Assembly (NCBI GenBank): GCA_030674475.1
Contig: JAUSCZ010000014.1
Location: forward strand, 13,938-77,937
Length of the DNA: 64,000 bases
Source of the DNA: Candidatus Omnitrophota bacterium
GTDB taxonomy: Bacteria; Omnitrophota; Gorgyraeia; Gygaellales; UBA12090
Direction: 5' to 3'
The position numbers were made by a program, and so were the translations under genes. Positions 17,069 to 25,977 of the stretch are shown piece after piece. The notes under the pieces are model-generated. The model had not been told where the DNA came from and ran no database searches. It saw only the letters and a list, made by a program, of their open reading frames with translations. The first letter of the stretch is position 1. Each line of letters starts with the position of its first letter.

Positions 17069-17572
17069 ATGCGAAATATATACTTAACCGGCTTTATGGG
17101 GACGGGTAAGACTTCAGCCGCCCGGGAAATAGCCGGGATGTTGGGCTTAAAGTTTATAGATTTAGACGAGCTGATTGTTAAAAAAGAAGGCCGTAGCATA
17201 AATGATGTTTTTGCCCAAGACGGCGAGCCGTATTTTCGTAAAGCTGAGAAGGAGGCTTTAAGGGAAGTTTCTCAAGCTAACAGCCAGGTTGTCTCCTGCG
17301 GCGGGGGAATAGTAATTGATCCGGAAAATATTGCCATTATGAAGCAGAGTGGAAGGTTTATCGCTCTTACCGCCTGTCCGGAAGTTATTTTTGAGCGCAT
17401 CAAGAAAGAAACTCAGCGGCCGCTTCTAAATACCGCGGATCCCTTAGCTAAGATAAATGAACTGCTTACTATCCGCAAGCCCTATTATGATCAGGCCGAG
17501 TTTGTAATAGATACCTCGGATATATCTGTCCAAGAGGCGGCAGAGAAGGTAATTAAGCTGATAAATGACTGA
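17069..17572 (+). CDS. aroK: shikimate kinase
   Basis: IYLTGFMGTGKTSAAREIA P-loop and ~165 aa length. Confidence 0.9.
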   Translation: MRNIYLTGFMGTGKTSAAREIAGMLGLKFIDLDELIVKKEGRSINDVFAQDGEPYFRKAEKEALREVSQANSQVVSCGGGIVIDPENIAIMKQSGRFIALTACPEVIFERIKKETQRPLLNTADPLAKINELLTIRKPYYDQAEFVIDTSDISVQEAAEKVIKLIND

Positions 17573-18701
17573 AAGAGAAGCGCTGATAGCTTTGAATTTA
17601 ATTCCGGATATTGGAAGTATCCGCTTAAAGAATCTGCGGGAAGCCTTTGGCAGCGCGCCTAAGATATTTCTTAATTCGAAGGATTCACTTAAAAGGGTGG
17701 ATAAAATCGGAGACAAGATTGCCTCCGCTATTGCCGGGTTCTCCTTTGAGAGCCTGAAAAAAGAATTAGAATTAGCCGACAAGCTAAAGATTCAGGTAAT
17801 AACCCTGCGGGATAAGGATTATCCGCAAAGCCTCAAAGAAATTTATGACCCTCCTCTGTGCCTTTATGTTAAAGGCGGGTTATTGCCGTCGGATGTAGTG
17901 TCTTTGGCGATTGTCGGCAGTCGCCGGGCTTCTTATTACGGATTATCCTGCGCGCAAAATTTTGCTTACTCTTTAGCCGGAGCCGGGATTACCATTGTTT
18001 CCGGCCTGGCCCGGGGTATTGATACCCAGGCTCATAAGGGGGTCTTGAAAGCCAAAGGAAGGACAATAGCGGTTTTAGGCAGCGGCTTGAATTGTATCTA
18101 TCCTCCGGAAAATAAGAATTTGGCCGAGAAAATAGCCGAGAGCGGGGCGGTGGTTTCAGAATTTCCTTTAAACACCGAGCCGCTGGCCAGGAATTTTCCC
18201 CGGCGTAACCGGATCATCAGCGGCCTGTCTTTAGGGACGATTGTGGTTGAGGCCGCCAAAAACAGCGGCGCCCTGATTACCGCGGACTTTGCCCTGGAGC
18301 AGGGAAAAGATGTGTTCGCTATTCCGGGAAGCGTTACTTCCGCGACTTCCTTTGGCACAAACCAGCTGATTAAGCAAGGGGCAAAATTAGTTGACAGCGT
18401 TGAGGATATAATTGAGGAGCTAAGGCCAAGATTAGAAAATCTACTTAAGAATAAACCAATCTGTCCAATATCTGAACCTGAGACAAGAGAGGCGGTAGGT
18501 GTTAAACACAGCGGAAATAAAGCTTTAAGCGAAGAAGAGAAGAAAGTCCATAATCTATTAGAGAGTGAAAAAGCGCGTTATGTAGATGAGATTATTGAAA
18601 ATAGCGGTTTATCCAGCGCGAAGGTGATGAGTATACTCTTGAGGTTAGAAATAAATAAGCTAATCAAACAGCTTCCCGGAAAGATGTTTATAAGACAGTA
18701 A
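17565..18701 (+). CDS. dprA: DNA processing protein DprA (Smf)
   Basis: Rossmann core LAIVGSRRASYYG...GIDTQAHKGVL... plus a C-terminal winged-helix region. Confidence 0.9.
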   Translation: MTEREALIALNLIPDIGSIRLKNLREAFGSAPKIFLNSKDSLKRVDKIGDKIASAIAGFSFESLKKELELADKLKIQVITLRDKDYPQSLKEIYDPPLCLYVKGGLLPSDVVSLAIVGSRRASYYGLSCAQNFAYSLAGAGITIVSGLARGIDTQAHKGVLKAKGRTIAVLGSGLNCIYPPENKNLAEKIAESGAVVSEFPLNTEPLARNFPRRNRIISGLSLGTIVVEAAKNSGALITADFALEQGKDVFAIPGSVTSATSFGTNQLIKQGAKLVDSVEDIIEELRPRLENLLKNKPICPISEPETREAVGVKHSGNKALSEEEKKVHNLLESEKARYVDEIIENSGLSSAKVMSILLRLEINKLIKQLPGKMFIRQ

Positions 18702-18708
18702 GGCAATG

Positions 18709-18757
18709 CCTGCCTGCCGGCAGGCAGGGTTTGGCTTCCTATAGCCAAAGCCATAAG
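18709..18757. repeat. composite REP-like element: CCTGCCTGCCGGCAGGCAGG palindrome plus GGTTTGGCTTCC-N3-AGCCAAAGCCATAAG element
   Basis: Perfect 20-bp palindrome at 18709-18728, with a second palindromic unit directly after it. Both families recur elsewhere in the window. Confidence 0.7.
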
Positions 18758-18818
18758 AAGTGAGGAGTTACGCGCCTCGCCATTTGGCGGCGGCTGACAA
18801 ACTAAAAGGAGTTAAAGA

Positions 18819-20792
18819 GTGGCAAAATCATTAGTAATTGTGGAGTCACCGGCCAAGGCCAAGACTATTTCTAAGATATTAGGCAGTGGTTTTGAGGTTA
18901 TTCCTTCCATGGGCCATGTGGTGGATTTGCCCAAGACCAGGATGGGGGTGGATATTGAGAATAATTTCGCGCCTCATTTTATCGTGGCCGCCAAGCGTAA
19001 AAAGACCTTAAGTGAGATTAAGGCCGCGGCCAAAAAGGCGGATAAAATATATCTGGCTACTGACCCGGACCGGGAAGGCGAGGCGATTGCCTGGAATATC
19101 AAGGAGAAGCTAAGCCAGAATAAGAAATATTTCAGGGTGGTCTTTCATGAGATTACCCCTCAGGCTATAAAAGAGGCTTTTAAACATCCCGCGGATTTAA
19201 ACGTTCAGAAGGTAAATGCCCAGACCGCCCGAAGGGTTTTAGACCGCTTAGTGGGTTATCTATTGAGCCCGCTTCTTTGGCGTAAAATTGCCGGAGGTCT
19301 TTCCGCCGGACGGGTGCAGTCAGTCGCTCTTCGGCTGATTGTGGAGCGGGAAAGGGAGATTCTTAAGTTTATGGCTCAGGAATATTGGGAAATCACCGCC
19401 GAACTTAAGCATAAAGCAGGAACATTTTTGGCGAAGTTGGAGAAGATTGAGGACAAAAAGGCCGAGATTAAGAATGAGCAAGACGCCCAGAGGATAGCAG
19501 AGGACTTAAAAGGAAAACAGTTTGTGGTGGCTGATGTTCGAGAAACCGAGAAAAAGAAGAATCCTCTGCCTCCCTTTATCACCAGCACCTTACAGCAGGA
19601 CGCCTTTTATAAATTAAGGTTTTCCAGCGCCCGCACTATGCTGATAGCTCAACAACTTTATGAAGGAGTTGAACTGGGAAAAGAAGGAGCAGTGGGTTTA
19701 ATTACCTATATGCGCACCGATTCGGTGAATGTGGCCCAATCTGCCATTAAAGAGGTCCGCGGTTTCATTCAGGAAAAGTTCGGCCAGGATTATCTCCCTG
19801 AGTCTCCTAATCTTTATAAATCCAAAAAGCAGGCCCAGGAGGCCCACGAGGCCATCCGTCCGACTTCGGTTTCCCGTGCCCCGGAGTCGGTTAAGGAATC
19901 TCTGGCTACCGAGCAGTTTAAGTTATACACCTTGATTTATAACCGTTTTCTGGCCAGCCAGATGAAGCCGGCTATTTATAATGTTACCAGCATAGATATA
20001 CGCGCCGATAAGTATCTTTTCCGGGCCTCGGGCTCAAAGTTAATCTTTAAGGGATTTACTGCCGTCTATGAACTGCAGGAAGAAAAAGAGGAGAAAAACA
20101 CCCTGCCATCTTTAAAAAAAGAGGAGTTGTTGGAGTTGGTTAAGCTTCTTCCCTCCCAGCATTTTACCAAGCCGCCGCCGAGATTTTCCGAGGCTTCTTT
20201 GGTTAAGACCTTAGAGGAAGAAGGTATCGGCCGGCCCTCTACCTATGCCCCGACCATCCAGACCATAGTTTACCGGGATTATGTCCGCCGGCTTAAAGGG
20301 TATCTTCATCCCACGGAATTAGGGTGTAAGGTCAGTGACCTTTTGGTGGAGTATTTTGCCGAGGTAATAGATATCAAGTTTACCGCCGCTATGGAAAATG
20401 AGCTGGATGAGGTAGAAGAAGGCAACATAGAGTGGGTTAAGGTAATTAATGATTTTTACGCCCCCTTTAAAGTAAAGCTGGATTACGCCAATGAGGTTAT
20501 CCAGAAAGAGGTAATAACTACCGATGAAATTTGCGCCACCTGCGGCAAGCCGATGGTGGTTAAATGGTCAAGAAAGGGTAAGTTTTTGAGTTGTTCGGAT
20601 TTTCCTAATTGCCGCTATGCTAAATCCATAACCACTGGGATAAAATGTCCTCAGGAGGGTTGTTTGGGTGAGTTGATTGAGCGCCGGTCCCGCCGGGGAT
20701 TATTTTACGGTTGTACCAAGTATCCCAACTGTACCTATACCGCCAAGACTCTTCCCGAGGAAAAGACTGAGGAAGAAAAGCAGGAAAAATGA
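18819..20792 (+). CDS. topA: DNA topoisomerase I
   Basis: TOPRIM (LVIVESPAKAKTI), catalytic domain, and C-terminal Cys4 zinc ribbons (CATCGKPM..., CPQEGC...). GTG start. Confidence 0.95.
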   Translation: MAKSLVIVESPAKAKTISKILGSGFEVIPSMGHVVDLPKTRMGVDIENNFAPHFIVAAKRKKTLSEIKAAAKKADKIYLATDPDREGEAIAWNIKEKLSQNKKYFRVVFHEITPQAIKEAFKHPADLNVQKVNAQTARRVLDRLVGYLLSPLLWRKIAGGLSAGRVQSVALRLIVEREREILKFMAQEYWEITAELKHKAGTFLAKLEKIEDKKAEIKNEQDAQRIAEDLKGKQFVVADVRETEKKKNPLPPFITSTLQQDAFYKLRFSSARTMLIAQQLYEGVELGKEGAVGLITYMRTDSVNVAQSAIKEVRGFIQEKFGQDYLPESPNLYKSKKQAQEAHEAIRPTSVSRAPESVKESLATEQFKLYTLIYNRFLASQMKPAIYNVTSIDIRADKYLFRASGSKLIFKGFTAVYELQEEKEEKNTLPSLKKEELLELVKLLPSQHFTKPPPRFSEASLVKTLEEEGIGRPSTYAPTIQTIVYRDYVRRLKGYLHPTELGCKVSDLLVEYFAEVIDIKFTAAMENELDEVEEGNIEWVKVINDFYAPFKVKLDYANEVIQKEVITTDEICATCGKPMVVKWSRKGKFLSCSDFPNCRYAKSITTGIKCPQEGCLGELIERRSRRGLFYGCTKYPNCTYTAKTLPEEKTEEEKQEK

Positions 20793-21661
20793 TTTCGGAA
20801 ACAGATCGGCATATTGAAAAATACATTCGCTATCTGGAAATTGAAAAAAACGCCTCGGAACATACTATTTTGAATTATAAAAAAGACCTGGAAGAATTTA
20901 AGAAATTCCTGGGAGAGGCCCAAATAGAAAACGTCAGTTACCTTACTTTAAGGAAATTCTTAAGCACCTTAAAGGAAAGAAGCCTTAAGAGCCGTTCCAT
21001 ATCCCGAAAGCTTTCCTCTTTGAGGAGTTTTTTCAGATTTCTCAACCGCGAAGGCTTCTTAAAGAATGATCCCACTTCGGCCATATCCAGCCCGAAATTA
21101 GAAAAACATCTGCCGATTTTTCTCACTGAGGATGAAATAACCAGATTAGTGGAATCCCCGGACACCAAAGAGTTGTCGGGATTCAGGGATAGGGCAATTT
21201 TAGAAACCTTTTATTCTACCGGTATGCGGGTGAGCGAGCTGATAGGTTTGAATCAGGAGAATATTGATTTCTTCGGCGGAGTGACTAAGGTTATGGGTAA
21301 AGGCAAGAAAGAACGCCTGACGCCGATTGGGGACAGGGCTCTACAGGCTATCCGGGAGTATTTAGAGCGCCGCGATAACTCTCAGCCGGCGGTTTTCCTG
21401 AATAAGAATGGCCGCAGATTAACTGCCCGGGGAGTGCGCGTGATTCTAGATAAGTATGTGCGAATTCTGGCCTTGCGGGAAAACATCTCGCCGCATAGCT
21501 TGAGACATTCTTTTGCCACCCATCTTCTCAACCGGGGCGCGGACCTGCGCTCGGTCCAGGAGCTCTTGGGACATGCTAACCTTTCAACCACTCAAATTTA
21601 TACCCATCTGACCACCGACAGGTTAAAAAGCGTATACGATAAAGCCCATCCGCGGGCGTAG
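20789..21661 (+). CDS. xerC: tyrosine recombinase XerC/XerD
   Basis: SAM-like N-domain plus catalytic R..HxxR..Y (HSLRHSFATHLL...LGHANLSTTQIYTH). Confidence 0.9.
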   Translation: MISETDRHIEKYIRYLEIEKNASEHTILNYKKDLEEFKKFLGEAQIENVSYLTLRKFLSTLKERSLKSRSISRKLSSLRSFFRFLNREGFLKNDPTSAISSPKLEKHLPIFLTEDEITRLVESPDTKELSGFRDRAILETFYSTGMRVSELIGLNQENIDFFGGVTKVMGKGKKERLTPIGDRALQAIREYLERRDNSQPAVFLNKNGRRLTARGVRVILDKYVRILALRENISPHSLRHSFATHLLNRGADLRSVQELLGHANLSTTQIYTHLTTDRLKSVYDKAHPRA

Positions 21662-21669
21662 AAAATAGT

Positions 21670-21713
21670 TATCAGCTTTCAGCTTTCAGCTGTCAGCCGA
21701 TAGCCGATAGCCG
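21670..21713. repeat. heptanucleotide tandem array abutting the waaA start codon
   Basis: TTCAGCT TTCAGCT GTCAGCC GATAGCC GATAGCC GATG. Ends directly in the ATG with no SD-like sequence. Confidence 0.8.
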
Positions 21714-23003
21714 ATGTTCATCCTTTACGATTTTATTTTTATAATTTTTGTTTTACTGTATTTGCCGGGTTTTATTTTTAGAGGAAAATTTCACCCGGGG
21801 TTTTTGAACCGTTTGGGATTTTTTCCGAAAGATGTCCAAAATAGCTTAGCCGGAAAGCGTCCAATATGGCTGCATATGGTAAGCGTGGGAGAGGCACAGG
21901 CCTTAAGGATTCTTCTGGAGAAACTGCGCAAGGAGTATCCGGACAGAAAAATTGCTCTTTCTACGGTTACCCCGACCGGAAATAAAATTGCCAGGTCAAT
22001 AGCTGTTGAAGGCGATTTAGTCTTTTATCTTCCTTTGGATATAAGTTTTATCGTTAGATCCGTGGTGGATTTGATTAATCCCTGTCTTTTTGTTATTGCC
22101 GAGACCGAAATCTGGCCAAACTTAATAATGTATCTTACTACACGCGACATTCCGATAATCAGCGTAAACAGCCGGATATCCGATAAGTCTTTTAAAAGCT
22201 ATGCACTGATTAAATTCCTGCTCCAGGGTATCTTAAACAAAATAAGCTTTTTTTGCGTCCAAACCCAGACGGATTCCCAGCGCCTGTTGGCTTTAGGGGT
22301 TAATCCAGAGAAGATAAAGCTGACCGGGAATATGAAATTTGATAACGCGGATTTCGCGGAGAAAAAAAACAACGCAGATTCCGCGGATACAAGAAAACGT
22401 ATGCTCGCTTTAAAAGAAAAGGATACTCTTTGGGTGGCGGGAAGCACGCATCCGGGCGAAGAAGAAATCATCCTGGGAGTGTATAAAAACTTATTGCCGG
22501 AATTTCCTTTTTTAAAACTCCTTATCGCCCCTCGCCATCCTGAGCGGGCCAGGGAGATAGAAAAAGTAGTTCTTAATTATGGTTTTGATTCCGTATTTAT
22601 TTCCAAACTGCGACCATCGACTATTGACCATCGACCATCGACTATTTTTATTCTGGATACTATCGGCCAGCTTAAGGATTTTTACGCTGCCTCAGACATT
22701 GTTTTTATAGGCGGCAGCCTGATAAGAAAGGGCGGGCAGAATATTTTAGAACCGGCCCTCTTTTCCAAGCCGATTATCTTTGGGCCGTATATGTTTAACT
22801 TTCGGGATATCGCTGAACTTTTTCTTGTCTCAGGCGCCGCGGTCTTAGTAAAAGATAAAGAGGAATTGAGAGAAAAGATAAAAGATTTGTTGCTTCATCC
22901 GGAGTCTGCCTTAGAACTTGGCCGCCGGGCCAAGGAGTTATTACTGAAGAACCAAGGGGCCAGCGAAAGAAATATGGAAATTATAAAACAAGTTTTGGGT
23001 TAA
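21714..23003 (+). CDS. waaA: 3-deoxy-D-manno-octulosonic acid (KDO) transferase
   Basis: IWLHMVSVGEAQAL and C-terminal GT motifs. N-terminus resembles E. coli WaaA. Contains an in-frame 21-nt heptamer-based duplication at 22611-22652 (RPSTIDH/RPSTIFI). Confidence 0.9.
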   Translation: MFILYDFIFIIFVLLYLPGFIFRGKFHPGFLNRLGFFPKDVQNSLAGKRPIWLHMVSVGEAQALRILLEKLRKEYPDRKIALSTVTPTGNKIARSIAVEGDLVFYLPLDISFIVRSVVDLINPCLFVIAETEIWPNLIMYLTTRDIPIISVNSRISDKSFKSYALIKFLLQGILNKISFFCVQTQTDSQRLLALGVNPEKIKLTGNMKFDNADFAEKKNNADSADTRKRMLALKEKDTLWVAGSTHPGEEEIILGVYKNLLPEFPFLKLLIAPRHPERAREIEKVVLNYGFDSVFISKLRPSTIDHRPSTIFILDTIGQLKDFYAASDIVFIGGSLIRKGGQNILEPALFSKPIIFGPYMFNFRDIAELFLVSGAAVLVKDKEELREKIKDLLLHPESALELGRRAKELLLKNQGASERNMEIIKQVLG

Positions 23004-23005
23004 AA

Positions 23006-24034
23006 TTGATGAAGGATTTTTTTTTAGAGATTGCCCTGAATAGAAAAAAAGGGCTGGCCGCTTTTTTTTTAAGGCCGCTGTTATATCTTCTATCGCTTAT
23101 TTACGGGTTATTGGTCAAAGGGATTTGCTGGGTTTATAAACGCGGAATACTTCCTGGATATAGGCCTCAAGCTAAGGTAATCAGCGTGGGTAATATTACC
23201 CTGGGTGGAACCGGCAAGACCCCTTTGGTTGAATTCTTGGCTGAAGCCTTACTGCGTAAAGGCAAAAGGGTGGTTGTCTTAAGCCGGGGTTATAGCCTGG
23301 ATGAGCCGCGGATGTTAGAGAATAAAATAAAGGGCTTAAGGGTATTTACCGGAAGGGACAGGATAAAGACAGCCAAAGAAGCCCAGGATGCCCTTGATCC
23401 TGAGGTGATGATTCTGGATGACGGCTTTCAGCACTGGCGGCTAAAGAGGGATTTGGATATTGTTTTACTGAACAGCCGTAATTATTTCGGCAATAGAAGT
23501 CTTATCCCCAGGGGTATATTGAGAGAACCGCCTTCTTCTTTGGCCCGCGCGGATGTGATTGTAATTTCTAAGGTAGATTCTGTCAAGGATATATCCCTGA
23601 TAAAAAATGAATTGGGACAAATCAATCCCAGGGCCTTGATTGTGGAATGCGCGTATAAGCCGGAGTGTGTCACGGACGCCCAGGGAAAGGTGTATGCTTG
23701 GGGTATTATTGAGAATAAGAATATTTGTCTTTTAAGCGGTATCGCCGACCCGGATTATTTTAAGAAGACGGCCTCTGATTTAGGCGCGCGGATAGTCTCG
23801 GATCAGCGTTTTCCGGACCACCACCAATACCATAAAGGCGATATTGAAAAGATTGTTCGGGCCTGCCGAAAGAAGAATGTGGACACGATAGTAACTACCG
23901 AAAAAGATCTCACTCGCCTTCCCCTGAGTGAGTTTGCTTCGGATATAAAGATCCTTATTTTAAAGATAAAGTTGGTTATAACCCACAATGAAGAAAGCCT
24001 CTTTAATCGAGTATTTGGCTTATTGGCTGGTTAG
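23006..24034 (+). CDS. lpxK: tetraacyldisaccharide 4'-kinase
   Basis: GNITLGGTGKTP P-loop and ~340 aa length. Confidence 0.9.
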   Translation: MMKDFFLEIALNRKKGLAAFFLRPLLYLLSLIYGLLVKGICWVYKRGILPGYRPQAKVISVGNITLGGTGKTPLVEFLAEALLRKGKRVVVLSRGYSLDEPRMLENKIKGLRVFTGRDRIKTAKEAQDALDPEVMILDDGFQHWRLKRDLDIVLLNSRNYFGNRSLIPRGILREPPSSLARADVIVISKVDSVKDISLIKNELGQINPRALIVECAYKPECVTDAQGKVYAWGIIENKNICLLSGIADPDYFKKTASDLGARIVSDQRFPDHHQYHKGDIEKIVRACRKKNVDTIVTTEKDLTRLPLSEFASDIKILILKIKLVITHNEESLFNRVFGLLAG

Positions 24035-25907
24035 GTTCTTCAGCTTAGTAGTGATTGCCTTGCCGCCCAAGGCTAATTTTATCCTGGGTAGAGCCCTGGG
24101 TGTCTCCGGCTATTATCTGCTTAAGAAAAAAAGAAACCTGGCGCTTAAGAATTTAAAGACTGTTTTCCGGGATGAGTTTGAATATTGGCAGATAGAGCGT
24201 CTCGCTAAGAAGGCGTTTATCAGCCTGGCCCTGAATATCATTGAAGCCTTATATATCCCTAAGATAGACTCTCGTTATATAAACAAGCATATCCGGATAG
24301 AAAACCTTAAATTTCTGGATGAGGCCTTAAAAAAAGGAAAAGGAGCCATTCTTTTGGCCTATCATTTAGGCAACTGGGAGTTGTCTAATATTACCTGTAG
24401 TCTGGAGGGGTATGAGTATAAGGTTATTGTGAATGAGCAAAGGTATCCGCTTTTAAATGAACTTTTAAACCGCTACCGCCAATCTAAAGGCTGTAAAATC
24501 ATTCCCCGGGGAATGGCCTTAAGGGAAATCATTAAGGCTTTAAAAAGTAATCAGGTGGTGGCGATGGCCGGAGACCAGGGTGGCAAGGAAGGTTATCTGA
24601 GTGAGATGTTTGGTTTGCCAATTTCCACGCCTAGCGGTTTTGTCAGGTTTGCCGCAAATACCCACTCCGCGGTAATCCCGGCTATTATTGTCAGAGAACG
24701 CAGGTTTTATCACCGGATTATCCTGGAGGCCCCGCTTGAGCTGGAGGGAAAAGATGAAACAGAGACCTTAGAAAATTGTTTGCGTAAGTCCAACGCGATC
24801 TTAGAGCGGTATATCCGCGAGTATCCCCAGGAATATTTCTGGTTTTATAAAATATGGAAATATTCGCCTTTCAGGAAGGTGATAGTTTTATCCGACGGCA
24901 AGGCCGGACATCTGAGGCAGATGGAAGCTTTACAGAAAATAGCTGATGGTTTAGGATTTAGGGTTTATAGCAAGATTGTAGAAATAAGGTTTAGAAACAG
25001 GTTGGCAAAAATCCTGGCTAATGTGTGCGCCGGGTTTGGCCTGGATATTTTTGAGCTGTGTATAAGCGAAGAATCTTATTTGGCTTTAAGGAGAGCGAGC
25101 GCGGATGTGGTTATTTCCTGCGGCGCGTCTTTGGCCGGGCTTAATTTGGCGATAGCCAGGGACAACCTGGCCCGTTCTGTCTGCGTGATGAATCCGGGCA
25201 TCGCGGGAAGAAGGAGATTTGATTTAGTGATTATGCCTAAGCACGATGGCTCGCGGCATCAGAAAAATACCGTAATTACTGATGGCGCCCTTAATTTAAT
25301 CGATCAGGATTATTTAAGTCAGCAAACCCAGGGCCTTCTTAAAGTGATTACTCCGGATAGAGCCTTGAAAAATTCTATCGGCGTATTAATCGGCGGGGAT
25401 ACCAAAAAATATAAATTAACCCAAAGATTAATCACGGTGGTTTCCTCCCAGATAAAAAAGGCGGCCTCGGACTTAGGGATGGATATATTGCTTACTACTT
25501 CCCGCAGGACGTCCGATAAGGCAGAGGAGATAATTAAAAAAGAATTTGGCGGCTTAAAGGAATGTCCGCTTCTGGTGATTGCCAGGGAAAAAAATATCCC
25601 GCAGGCAGTAGGAGGGATTCTGGGGTTATGCGAATGTGTGGTTGTCTCCGGCGAGAGTATTTCAATGGTCTCGGAGGCGGCGGCTTCCGGTAAGTATGTC
25701 CTGGTTTTCAGGCTTAAAGGCACTTATTTAGGTAAAGAGGGCAGGCACGAGCGATTTTTAAGAAATTTGGAGAGTGAGGGCTATATCCGGATAACCCAAC
25801 CTGAAAATATCGCGGATAAAATTAAAGAGCTTATCCGGGATAAACCACCGATAAAGAAATTGGATGACCGGGCCAAGGTTAAAGAAGCGATGAGGAAGCT
25901 GTTATGA
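23988..25907 (+). CDS. lipid A late acyltransferase (LpxL/HtrB family) fused to a DUF1022/ELM1-like domain
   Basis: N-terminal half has the LpxL-type HX4D region (LAYHLGNWEL). C-terminal half (VIVLSDGKAGHLRQMEAL...) resembles the COG3660/DUF1022 family. Confidence 0.7.
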   Translation: MKKASLIEYLAYWLVRFFSLVVIALPPKANFILGRALGVSGYYLLKKKRNLALKNLKTVFRDEFEYWQIERLAKKAFISLALNIIEALYIPKIDSRYINKHIRIENLKFLDEALKKGKGAILLAYHLGNWELSNITCSLEGYEYKVIVNEQRYPLLNELLNRYRQSKGCKIIPRGMALREIIKALKSNQVVAMAGDQGGKEGYLSEMFGLPISTPSGFVRFAANTHSAVIPAIIVRERRFYHRIILEAPLELEGKDETETLENCLRKSNAILERYIREYPQEYFWFYKIWKYSPFRKVIVLSDGKAGHLRQMEALQKIADGLGFRVYSKIVEIRFRNRLAKILANVCAGFGLDIFELCISEESYLALRRASADVVISCGASLAGLNLAIARDNLARSVCVMNPGIAGRRRFDLVIMPKHDGSRHQKNTVITDGALNLIDQDYLSQQTQGLLKVITPDRALKNSIGVLIGGDTKKYKLTQRLITVVSSQIKKAASDLGMDILLTTSRRTSDKAEEIIKKEFGGLKECPLLVIAREKNIPQAVGGILGLCECVVVSGESISMVSEAAASGKYVLVFRLKGTYLGKEGRHERFLRNLESEGYIRITQPENIADKIKELIRDKPPIKKLDDRAKVKEAMRKLL

Positions 25908-25909
25908 CA

Positions 25910-25977
25910 AGCTATCAGCTATCAGCTATCAGTAATCAGCTGAAAGCCGAAAGCTGAAAGCCGAAAGCTGAAAGCCG
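25910..25977. repeat. heptanucleotide tandem array abutting the start codon of the GT4-GT9 gene
   Basis: AGCTATC x3, AGTAATC, then AGCTGAA/AGCCGAA alternating x5, ending ...AGCCGATG at the ATG. Confidence 0.8.
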
